The notes beneath the pieces were generated by a model. The model ran no database searches, was not told where the DNA came from, and saw only the letters and a list, made by a program, of their open reading frames with translations. Shown here piece by piece: positions 40,782 to 49,688 of a stretch of 64,000 bases of DNA. Position numbers and translations under genes: made by a program. How positions within the stretch are numbered: the stretch's first letter is position 1; each line of letters opens with the position of its first letter. Source of the DNA: an uncultured Desulfarculus sp. (GTDB lineage Bacteria > Desulfobacterota > Desulfarculia > Desulfarculales > Desulfarculaceae); NCBI GenBank assembly GCA_963665125.2, contig CAXXUK010000002.1:1056001-1120000 (forward strand), written 5' to 3'.

Positions 40782-41768
40782 ATGTGGAACATATTGCAAA
40801 AGTTGTCAAAAAACCTGATCACGGCCATTCCGGTCACTATGCTGCTGGGCTTTGTCTTCGGCATATCCGCCGACGCCGGCTGGTTGCGCAACCTGATCGT
40901 CCCCTTCACCTTTTTAATGGTATATCCGATGATGGTCACCCTGAAGGTGCGAAAGGTCTTTGAAGGCGGCGACTCCAAGGCCCAGGCCTTGACCCAGTTG
41001 ATCAACTTCGCCTTTGTGCCGTTTTTGTGTTTTGCCGCTGGCCAATTCTTTTTCCCCGGCCAACCGTACCTGGCCCTGGGGCTGCTGTTGGCCGGTCTGG
41101 TGCCCACCAGCGGCATGACCATTTCCTGGACCGGGTTCGCCGGTGGCAACATGGCCGCTGCGGTGAAGATGACGGTGATCGGCCTGGTCATCGGCTCGTT
41201 GGCCACGCCGTTTTACGTGCAGGCCCTGATGGGCGCGACGATTCAGATCGACCTGCTCAAGGTGGCCCAGCAGATCGCCCTGATAGTCCTTTTGCCCATG
41301 GCCCTGGGTTACGGCACCCAGCGGTATTTGCAAAAGAGGTTTGGCCCGGAGGACTTCCAAAAGCGCCTCGCCCCCCGCTTTCCGACCATCTCCACGGTGG
41401 GCGTGTTGGGGATAGTCTTCGTGGCCCTGGCCCTTAAGGCCAAGTCCATTGCCGCCGATCCCGGAATGCTGCTTTTGATCATGATCCCCCTGGTGGTCAT
41501 CTATGCGCTCAATTACCTGGTGAGCACCCTGTTGGGCCGGGCCCTGCTGCCCCGGGGCGACGCCATAGCCATGGTCTACGGCACGGTCATGCGCAACCTG
41601 TCCATCGCCCTGGCCATATCCATCAACGCCTTTGGCGAACAAGGGGCCGACGCCGCTTTGGTGGTGGCCGCCGCCTACGTGATCCAGGTGCAGTCCGCGG
41701 CATGGTATGTGCGGCTGACCTCGCGGCTGTTCGGCGAGGCCGACGGCCCGGCCTTGGCTAAGGCATAG
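40782..41768 (+). CDS. SBF (bile acid:Na+ symporter / ACR3-like) transporter
   Basis: MVYPMM, PTSGMTISWTGFA.GN, MRNLSIA; ~10 TM. Confidence 0.85.
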   Translation: MWNILQKLSKNLITAIPVTMLLGFVFGISADAGWLRNLIVPFTFLMVYPMMVTLKVRKVFEGGDSKAQALTQLINFAFVPFLCFAAGQFFFPGQPYLALGLLLAGLVPTSGMTISWTGFAGGNMAAAVKMTVIGLVIGSLATPFYVQALMGATIQIDLLKVAQQIALIVLLPMALGYGTQRYLQKRFGPEDFQKRLAPRFPTISTVGVLGIVFVALALKAKSIAADPGMLLLIMIPLVVIYALNYLVSTLLGRALLPRGDAIAMVYGTVMRNLSIALAISINAFGEQGADAALVVAAAYVIQVQSAAWYVRLTSRLFGEADGPALAKA

Positions 41769-41874
41769 ACTATAGACATAGCAAGCGGCTTCTGACGAAA
41801 AGCCGCAGGCATTCAGCCAGGGGCCTGTCCATGGGGCGGGCCCCGTTTTTTCGAAGAGCCTGATGAGGCCCTGG

Positions 41875-43014
41875 CTATTGCTTTGACACTGGGTCATGAT
41901 CCAAGGGATGGTCGATAAAGCAGCGTATGGGATGAAAGACCCAATTAGCGAAGCACTGGTTGCATGAAACGCATTTTGCCTTCCGCCGGTCGCCGCCACT
42001 CCAGCGCTTTATCAAGTCGGCCTCGCGAATAAGTGGTCTGCTCAAGGCAAAGAAATCGGCGGAGCCTTCCTTCAGGATTTTTTCCATCAGGCCCGGCGAA
42101 CGCAAACCGCCAACCAAGATGATTGGAATATTCACTCGGCTTTTCAGCGCCTTGGCAAATGGCAGGAAATAGGCTTCCTGGTCTTCACTCTTGATATTTT
42201 TTTCTGAAATGCGCTCCGGTGTTTCCGACAGTGTGCCGCCGGATACCTCTATGGCGCTGACACCGGCCTCGGCGAGCATGGCCGCAATTGTCACGGCGTC
42301 TTCAGGGGTTAAGCCTCCGTCCACAAAATCGCTGAAGCTGAGCTTGATTATTATGGGGTAATCCGGCCCCACCAGCTCCCGTGATCTTAGTACCACCTCC
42401 AACAATAATCTGGCCCGGTTTTCGGGGCAGCCGCCATATGAGTCGTTACGCCGGTTGGTAAATGGCGACATGAAATTGGTCATGATATTGCCATGGGCCC
42501 CGTGGAACTGGGCCGCATCAAAACCGGCCACCTGGATACGCCGGCACGCCAGAGCGAATTTTTCAACCACATCGGCAATCTGGGCCACGGATATTTCTTG
42601 AGGAATAATGCCTGTGCTCTTTATCGGCACCGGTGACGGCGCCAAGGGATCAGAGCCGCGCAGCAAGGGAATGTCTTGGCGGCCCAAGTGGCCGAACTGC
42701 ATTGCTATCTTGGCTCCCGCCCCATGGACGGCATCAATCACCTGTGTCCAGTCATCAATAAAGCTGTCATCATAAATTGATAGCGGAGAACGCACGCCAA
42801 TTGAAGCAGGTGCGTTTGGCCACGGCTCGATCATGGCCCCGGAGGTGATGATCAGCCCGACTTGGCCACCAGCCAAAGCACGATACAAGTCTTGCAGTTG
42901 CCGGGTCGGCCGCCCGTCTTCGGTGGCCATTGCTTCGGCCGTGGCCGAGCGGACAAAACGATTCCTTAGTTGGAGGTTGCCTATATTGGCTGGTTCAAAC
43001 AGAGGCGACACCAT
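41875..43014 (-). CDS. NADH:flavin oxidoreductase (old yellow enzyme family)
   Basis: LRNRFVRSAT, AGFD..Q.HGAHG, N.R.D.YGG..ENR, SRPLIRE, CVSCN.C. Confidence 0.93.
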   Translation of the reverse strand: MVSPLFEPANIGNLQLRNRFVRSATAEAMATEDGRPTRQLQDLYRALAGGQVGLIITSGAMIEPWPNAPASIGVRSPLSIYDDSFIDDWTQVIDAVHGAGAKIAMQFGHLGRQDIPLLRGSDPLAPSPVPIKSTGIIPQEISVAQIADVVEKFALACRRIQVAGFDAAQFHGAHGNIMTNFMSPFTNRRNDSYGGCPENRARLLLEVVLRSRELVGPDYPIIIKLSFSDFVDGGLTPEDAVTIAAMLAEAGVSAIEVSGGTLSETPERISEKNIKSEDQEAYFLPFAKALKSRVNIPIILVGGLRSPGLMEKILKEGSADFFALSRPLIREADLIKRWSGGDRRKAKCVSCNQCFANWVFHPIRCFIDHPLDHDPVSKQ

Positions 43015-43427
43015 TTCAACTTGCCTTTCGTTTATCTCTCGGCACCCACAATAAATTTATTGGCACTGTATGCCGCCCTACGCCCGCAAACATCGCCCAT
43101 ATGGGCCATGATTGGGGAGAAGACTATGGTGATTTTACAGAGCGCCCGTCCACCGGAAACTTTACCCGGACCGCAATTATCAACGTCCGAAGCCTTTGCT
43201 AATTGATGGGTGCCGGGATGGTTTTAGGGGAATTAAGAGGAGACTTTGAGCGGATCAAAGGTGATGACATTAAAAATAAGGGTTTTCTTTGTGAAGTCTG
43301 GTTTTGTAAACGCTCCATTTTGTGGCAAAATCAAAGCATTGCCAAAGGTGACGGCATTGGTTGCATTGTTTTATTGGGTTGTTGTTGGATTGCTGGTCCG
43401 CTTGGTGGTCTTGGAGATTCAACGGTG

Positions 43428-44468
43428 ATGAATAGCAGGCTTGGATTTTTACTTGCCGGGCGTGATTTGCCCATGCGGCGCATAATGAGCGAGGTGGTCG
43501 ACGAGATGGGCCACCAGACCATTCACTCCACTCCTCGCGGCACCGATGCCTGGGCCACGCTGAAGTGCAAAGGCGCGGACTTCATCATTTCCCAGATACA
43601 GCTCAAGGAGATGGACGGCCTGACTTTTCTGAAAATCGTTCGGGCTGACAAGGAGTTCGCCTATACTCCGTTTTTGCTGGTCGCCGACCTGGTCACCAGG
43701 GAACAGGTGGTCGAGGCCGGTGAGGCCGGAGTCAGCGAGATCCTCTGCCGGCCAATCACTCCCATGCGCATTGCCGAAAAGGTCAAGGAACTGCTCAACC
43801 CAAGGCCCGACGAAAAGGCCGTTTTGGCCGAGCGCCATTACCAAAGAGGTCTGAGCCTCATGGAGCAGGGCCAATATGAACAGGCCCTGGAGGCCTTCAG
43901 CGCCGTGGTCTCGGTCCACGAAAACGCCGAGGTCTACTACAATCTGGGCTATATCAGCGCCATGATGGAAAAGTTCGAAGACGCCATCACCTATTTCCGC
44001 AAGGCCACCGAGATTGACCGGTTTCACGCCAAGGCCTTTCAGAAGATGGGTGAGTGCTTCCAGGCCCTTGGCGATGATGACGCGGCTAAACAACACCTCG
44101 AGCGCGCCCTGGAAATCATCGAAGGTGACTTTGCCAGTCAGGACCAGCGGGAAGACATCATCAAAGAGGTTCGCAGCCACAAGTCCGACACCATCAATAT
44201 CTTCAACTCCCTGGGCATCATCCTGCGGCGCGAGGGCAAGTATGACGAGGCCGTGACCCAATATATCAAGGCCCTGCGGGTTCACCCCCGGGATGAAAAC
44301 ATCCACTACAACCTTGGCGTGTGTTATCTGGAAGCCGGACGTAAGGCAGACGCGGCCAATGTGCTGGAAGAGGCATTGCGCATCAACCCCGCCTTCAAGG
44401 AGGCCAGGGAGCTTTACGTCAGGGTCACGCGGATGCTCTCGAACCCGGCCAGGGAGGCCGACGCCTGA
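43428..44468 (+). CDS. Pseudo-receiver + TPR protein
   Basis: REC-like N-terminus lacking phospho-Asp; TPRs (YYNLG, FNSLG). Confidence 0.85.
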   Translation: MNSRLGFLLAGRDLPMRRIMSEVVDEMGHQTIHSTPRGTDAWATLKCKGADFIISQIQLKEMDGLTFLKIVRADKEFAYTPFLLVADLVTREQVVEAGEAGVSEILCRPITPMRIAEKVKELLNPRPDEKAVLAERHYQRGLSLMEQGQYEQALEAFSAVVSVHENAEVYYNLGYISAMMEKFEDAITYFRKATEIDRFHAKAFQKMGECFQALGDDDAAKQHLERALEIIEGDFASQDQREDIIKEVRSHKSDTINIFNSLGIILRREGKYDEAVTQYIKALRVHPRDENIHYNLGVCYLEAGRKADAANVLEEALRINPAFKEARELYVRVTRMLSNPAREADA

Positions 44469-44614
44469 AATTCCTCCATGGGGCGGCCGTCCGGCGGGTC
44501 GTTCCATGACGTCCCGCTGCCAATGCCGGTACTTTCATTCCTGGCGGAAAAAGTTTATTTTAACCATGGAGAGCTAACGCCACGGGGGACCCCGCCAGCC
44601 AAAGGGTTTTATAA

Positions 44615-45712
44615 ATGCCGAAAACGATTCATCTCGTCGCCGCCGCCAGGCCAAATTTCATGAAAATCGCCCCGCTTTATCACGCCCTTGGAGAACATCC
44701 CGAGTTCATGCCGCTGATAGTCCACACGGGCCAGCACTATGACCTCAACATGTCGGACACCTTTTTTCAGGACCTGAACCTGCCGGATAAATACATTCAT
44801 CTGGGCGTGGGCAGCGGCAGCCACGCCGTACAGACCGCCAGAGTCATGACCGCCTATGAGGATCTGTTGCTCGGGCAAAGGCCGGATCTGGTGGTGTTGC
44901 CCGGCGATGTCAACTCCACCATGGCCTGCGCCCTGACCGCCGTTAAGATGGGCGTGAAATGCGCCCACCTGGAGGCCGGGCTGCGCAGCTTTGACCGCAC
45001 CATGCCCGAGGAAATCAACCGCCTGGTCACCGACGCGGTCTGCGATTTGTTGTGGACGCCGTCGCCAGACGGCGACGAGCACCTCCTGCGCGAAGGCGTG
45101 TCCGCCGAAAAGATCCGCCGGGTGGGCAATATCATGATCGACAGCCTGGAGATGATGCTGCCGGTCATCGAAAAAAGCGATACACCCGCCAAACTGGGAC
45201 TGGAAACAGGCGGTTATACGGTCGTCACCCTGCATCGCCCGGCCAATGTCGACGCCCTTGATTCGCTGACAGCCGTTGTCGATACGCTCAGGGCCGTCGC
45301 CGCCAGGACCAGATGCGTTTTCCCGGTGCATCCGCGCACCCGCAAGTCACTGGAAAACCACGGATTGTGGGACGACTTGGCATGCACCTCGGGCATGCTG
45401 CTGCTGGCGCCCCAAAGCTATGTGGATTTCATGGCCCTAGTGGTGGGGGCCAATCTGGTGATCACCGACTCCGGCGGCATCCAAGAAGAGACGACATATC
45501 TAGGCATCCCCTGCCTGACCCTGCGCCCCAACACCGAGCGGCCCATCACGATCACCCAGGGCACCAACCGCCTCTGCGATCCGGCCGATCTTGAGGCCCT
45601 GGCAATGGACCTGCTGGGCCGGCCGAGGCCGCCGCGGCCGGTGATAGAAATGTGGGACGGCAAGACCGCCCACAGGGTCGTGGCGTCCATCAAGGAGTTT
45701 CTGGGCCCATGA
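44615..45712 (+). CDS. wecB: UDP-N-acetylglucosamine 2-epimerase (non-hydrolysing)
   Basis: ARPNFMK, HTGQHYD, HLEAGLRS, TDSGGIQEE. Confidence 0.95.
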   Translation: MPKTIHLVAAARPNFMKIAPLYHALGEHPEFMPLIVHTGQHYDLNMSDTFFQDLNLPDKYIHLGVGSGSHAVQTARVMTAYEDLLLGQRPDLVVLPGDVNSTMACALTAVKMGVKCAHLEAGLRSFDRTMPEEINRLVTDAVCDLLWTPSPDGDEHLLREGVSAEKIRRVGNIMIDSLEMMLPVIEKSDTPAKLGLETGGYTVVTLHRPANVDALDSLTAVVDTLRAVAARTRCVFPVHPRTRKSLENHGLWDDLACTSGMLLLAPQSYVDFMALVVGANLVITDSGGIQEETTYLGIPCLTLRPNTERPITITQGTNRLCDPADLEALAMDLLGRPRPPRPVIEMWDGKTAHRVVASIKEFLGP

Positions 45713-45815
45713 CCGGAGCCGGGCCGGTTGGGGCCAAGTTGTTGTTTCACAACCGCCGGACTTTCGGTAATATGCCGCCAGCACTTTGTTTTAACCTGCC
45801 CATGGTCATAATGAA

Positions 45816-46859
45816 ATGAATTGGTTCAATCTTGTTTGCCTGCTGGGCGCCGTGTCGCTGGTATCCTTTGCCGGGGCCGTGCTTATCCGGCGTTATGCAA
45901 TGATCAACGGCATGATCGACGTACCCGGCCGCAGAAGCTCCCACAGCGTTCCCACGCCCAGGGGCGGCGGGCTGCCGGGCGCGGCGGCGTGGCTGGCCGC
46001 CGTGGGCGCGATCCATTTTCTCGGCCTGCTAGAGGCCCGCTGGGCCCTGGCCCTGATCAGCGGCGGTTTTGTCTGCCTTGCCGCCGGATGGCTGGAAGAC
46101 CGCTTCGGCCTGACGGCCATAATCCGTTTTGCCCTGCATATCGCCGCCGGGGTGGCGGTTCTGTATTGGGGCGGAGGGCTCGACAGACTGAAAATCGGCG
46201 GCTCAATCCTGCCGCTGGGGATTTTCGGCTGGGTTGTCGGCATATTGTGGGTGGTCTGGTTTGTCAATCTGTTCAACTTCATGGACGGCATCGACGGTAT
46301 CGCGGGCCAAGAGGCCGCGTTCGGTGGTGTGGCCATGGGCTTGATGTTCTTCTGGAGCGGCCAGACGGCCCTGGCCTGCTGCTGCTGGGCCCTGGCGGCG
46401 GCGGCCCTGGGCTTTTTGCTGGTCAACTGGCCCCCGGCCAAAATATTCATGGGTGACGTGGGCAGCTATACGTTCGGCTTCGCACTGGCCGCCATGGCCT
46501 TGATCGGAGCCATGACCGGCGCGGTGCCCGCCGCTTGTTCGCTGATCATGCTGATGGTTTTCTTTTTCGACGCCACGGTGACCATCCTGCGCCGCCTGTT
46601 CAACAAAGAAGCCATATACAAGGCCCACCGCAGCCATTTTTATCAGCGTGCCGTGATTTCAGGCCTTAGCCACGGCCAGGTGGATGCGGCCGTACTGGTC
46701 CTCAACGCCGTATTGATGCTTACAGCACTGGCGGCCTATCATTTGCCGGATAGGGAGATTCCCGCCCTGGTTTTCAGCCTGGTTCTGCTCAGCGCAGCGG
46801 CCGTGGCCGTCACCGCCCTGGAGCGCCGGGCCGCCCGCACCCAAGGCAAGGGCGCCTGA
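45816..46859 (+). CDS. MraY/WecA-family polyprenyl-phosphate HexNAc-1-P transferase (WbpL-like)
   Basis: RSSH..PTPRGGG, NFMDGIDG, IFMGDVGS, AHRSH.YQ. Confidence 0.92.
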   Translation: MNWFNLVCLLGAVSLVSFAGAVLIRRYAMINGMIDVPGRRSSHSVPTPRGGGLPGAAAWLAAVGAIHFLGLLEARWALALISGGFVCLAAGWLEDRFGLTAIIRFALHIAAGVAVLYWGGGLDRLKIGGSILPLGIFGWVVGILWVVWFVNLFNFMDGIDGIAGQEAAFGGVAMGLMFFWSGQTALACCCWALAAAALGFLLVNWPPAKIFMGDVGSYTFGFALAAMALIGAMTGAVPAACSLIMLMVFFFDATVTILRRLFNKEAIYKAHRSHFYQRAVISGLSHGQVDAAVLVLNAVLMLTALAAYHLPDREIPALVFSLVLLSAAAVAVTALERRAARTQGKGA

Positions 46860-46861
46860 AA

Positions 46862-48007
46862 ATGACCAGGAGAGCTAACAGCAGCGGGCAGCCCAGACTG
46901 TTGTTTTTTGTATCCGAGGACTGGTATTTCCGCTCCCACCGCCTGCCATTGGCCCTGGCGGCCCTTGAACAGGGCTATGAGGTCTTTTTCGTGGGCCGGG
47001 TTACCGGTTGCGGTGACGAACTGGCCGCCAAGGGCATCAAGGTCATACCCATCGACTTCAGGCGCGGCGGCAAGAACATCCTCCATGAACTCAAGATCTT
47101 CCGCCAACTGGTGGGCGTCTACCGCCGGGTGCGGCCCGATATCGTGCATCATGTGGCTATGAAACCGGTGCTCTACGGTTCCCTGGCGGCCAAGCTCACG
47201 GGTGGGCCCGCGGTGGTCAACGCCCTGGCGGGCATGGGTTATCTGTTCATCTCCCAGGATTTGCAGGCCCGGATCCTGAGGCCGCCGGTTCGGGCCTCCC
47301 TGAAGCAGATGCTTTCGGGTCAGCGTAGCCGGGTGATCGTCCAAAATCCCGAGGATTTGGGCTTCCTGCACAATGATCTGGGCATCGCCGGTAATAATAC
47401 GGTCTTGATCCGGGGCTCCGGCGTGGATCTGACGCGCTACCCGGCAAATCCCGAACCGCCGGGGCCGCCCAGGGTGCTGTTGGCTTCCCGTTTGCTCAAG
47501 GACAAGGGCGTTTGCGAGTTTGTGGAGGCCGCCCGGATGCTGCGCGACGGCGGCGTGGAGGCCCGGTTTGTCCTGGCCGGTGATGTCGACCCGGCCAATC
47601 CGGCCTCGCTGACCAGGGATGAAGTGGCCGCTTGGCAGGACGAGGGAATCGTGGAATGGCTGGGCTGGCGCCAGGATATGCCTGAGGTCATGGCCGCCTC
47701 TCACATCGTATGTCTGCCTTCCTACCGGGAGGGCCTGCCCAAAGTCCTGCTGGAGGCCGCGGCCTGCGCCCGGCCCCTGGTGGCCACCGACGTCACCGGC
47801 TGCCGGGAGGTGGTGCGCCACAATGACAACGGCCTGCTGGTGCGGGCCAGGGACGCCGCCGACCTGGCCGGTGCCATCGGACGCCTGGTCCATGACCCGG
47901 ACCTGCGGGCGGCCATGGGGCGGCGGGCCCGGCAAATCGCCGAAGAAGAGTATTCCCTGGACATGGTGGTGCAACAGACCTTTGATCTATATGGGAGCCT
48001 GCTGTGA
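46862..48007 (+). CDS. Glycosyltransferase family 4
   Basis: WYF.SHRL, GSGVD, SYREGLPKVLLEA. Confidence 0.93.
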   Translation: MTRRANSSGQPRLLFFVSEDWYFRSHRLPLALAALEQGYEVFFVGRVTGCGDELAAKGIKVIPIDFRRGGKNILHELKIFRQLVGVYRRVRPDIVHHVAMKPVLYGSLAAKLTGGPAVVNALAGMGYLFISQDLQARILRPPVRASLKQMLSGQRSRVIVQNPEDLGFLHNDLGIAGNNTVLIRGSGVDLTRYPANPEPPGPPRVLLASRLLKDKGVCEFVEAARMLRDGGVEARFVLAGDVDPANPASLTRDEVAAWQDEGIVEWLGWRQDMPEVMAASHIVCLPSYREGLPKVLLEAAACARPLVATDVTGCREVVRHNDNGLLVRARDAADLAGAIGRLVHDPDLRAAMGRRARQIAEEEYSLDMVVQQTFDLYGSLL

Positions 48008-48972
48008 AAGCCAAGGTGCTGATAACCGGCGCGGCGGGCTTCGTGGGCCGGGCTCTGTGCCATGAACTGCTGGCCGCCGGTTACGGCGTCAGGGCGGTTG
48101 TGCGCGGCAGGTCCCTGAAAATACCGGGCGCGGAAAACGCCTTGGAGGTGGTGCAGGTGCCGGGTATTGGCCGCATCGCCGACTGGGGCGAAATGGTCCG
48201 GGGCGTTGACTACGTTGCTCATTTGGCCGCCCATGTCCACCAGATGCGGCCGTCCGGCCAAATCGACCATGAGGCCTATGCCCGAATCAACACGGGGGCC
48301 ACCGAACGGCTGGCCAAGGCCGCGGCCGGGCGGGTCAAGAGGATGGTCTATCTGAGCACCGTCAAGGTCCACGGCGAAGCCACGCCGCCGGACCGGCCGT
48401 TCCGGGAGAGCGATGCGCCCAATCCCATGGACGACTACGCCGTCTCCAAGTGGGAGGCAGAGCAGGCCTTGCGGAGGTTGGCCGATACTCACGGCCTGGA
48501 ATATTGCGTGCTGCGTCCACCTTTGGTCTATGGGCCAAGGGTTGGGGCCAACTTCCTGCGCCTGATGCGCCTAGTCAACAAGGGCCTGCCCATACCCCTG
48601 GGCGCCGTGAACAACAAGCGCAGCATGGTCTATGTGGGCAACCTGGTCGCGGCGGTTATGGTCTGCCTTGAGCATCCGGCGGCCGCCGGCGGCACGTACC
48701 TGGTCAGCGACGGCGAGGACGTGTCGACCGCCGAGCTTCTGCGCCGGGTGGCCGGAGCCATGGGACGCCGGGTGCGGTTGTTGCCGGTGCCGGGGGTTCT
48801 GCTCAGGGCCACGGCAAAGACCACGGGCAAGAGCGCCGAAGTGGACCGCCTGCTGGATTCGCTGGTCCTGGACAGCGGACTGATGCGCCGTCAACTGGCC
48901 TGGAATCCGCCGTTTACCATGGACCAGGGCCTGAAGGATACGGCAACTTGGTTTGCCGGACTTGGGTCGTGA
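48004..48972 (+). CDS. NAD-dependent sugar epimerase/dehydratase
   Basis: TGAAGFVG, YAVSK, RPPLVYG. Confidence 0.93.
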   Translation: MKAKVLITGAAGFVGRALCHELLAAGYGVRAVVRGRSLKIPGAENALEVVQVPGIGRIADWGEMVRGVDYVAHLAAHVHQMRPSGQIDHEAYARINTGATERLAKAAAGRVKRMVYLSTVKVHGEATPPDRPFRESDAPNPMDDYAVSKWEAEQALRRLADTHGLEYCVLRPPLVYGPRVGANFLRLMRLVNKGLPIPLGAVNNKRSMVYVGNLVAAVMVCLEHPAAAGGTYLVSDGEDVSTAELLRRVAGAMGRRVRLLPVPGVLLRATAKTTGKSAEVDRLLDSLVLDSGLMRRQLAWNPPFTMDQGLKDTATWFAGLGS

Positions 48973-49129
48973 GCTGGTTTTGCTTTGTTACGCATGGAAA
49001 TTAAAAAGAAAAGAAATGATGACGCCCATGCGGCGGCGATGATAAAACAAAACATTCCGTGGTTGTTGAACTTATAGCTTCAACCCAATACCTGATCTCA
49101 ATTCAATAGGGTTATGCGTAGCGCTGAGC

Positions 49130-49657
49130 ATGAAAGAAAAAGCAAGAATCATCTGGTTTACCGGGATGCCCAACGCGGGCAAGACCACGGTATCGCGTAT
49201 CGTCGGTAAATGGCTTGAGGAGCAGGGCCAAAGAGTTGAACTGCTTGATGGCAATGAACTGCGGGAATGGTTGAGTTCCGAACTCGGTTTTTCGGCTGAA
49301 GACCGCAGCATGCATGCCATGCGGGTGGCCCGTCTGGCGAAATTGTTGAGCGGCCACGGCGTTTGGTGCCTGGTGGCGGTCATCGCGCCGTACAGGGATA
49401 TCCAGGAACGGATCAAGCAGATGTTGGGGGATGAACTGGATGTAGTATTTCTGAAGTGCCCCGTGGATGTGCTGGCGGCCAGGGACCAGAAAGACCTCTA
49501 CCGCCGGGCCATGGCCGGAGAGATCAAAAACTTCACCGGCATAACCGACCCTTATGACGAGCCGTTGGATCCGACCTTGGTTTTGGACACCAACCGCCAA
49601 GACGTCGATCAAGCTGTTGAAAAAATTCTGGAGATGATCCGGGCCAACATGGCTTAG
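49130..49657 (+). CDS. cysC: Adenylyl-sulfate kinase
   Basis: WFTG...AGKTT, LDG..LR, RD.K.LY, FTGI.DPY..P. Confidence 0.95.
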   Translation: MKEKARIIWFTGMPNAGKTTVSRIVGKWLEEQGQRVELLDGNELREWLSSELGFSAEDRSMHAMRVARLAKLLSGHGVWCLVAVIAPYRDIQERIKQMLGDELDVVFLKCPVDVLAARDQKDLYRRAMAGEIKNFTGITDPYDEPLDPTLVLDTNRQDVDQAVEKILEMIRANMA

Positions 49658-49688
49658 CGGATCAAAGCCTAGTTGCTGGGGCTGGCGA

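Noticed and set aside
43323..43338. Sigma-54 promoter TGGCAAAATCAAAGCA
   Set aside because: Spacing fits but -12 lacks TT; too weak to call
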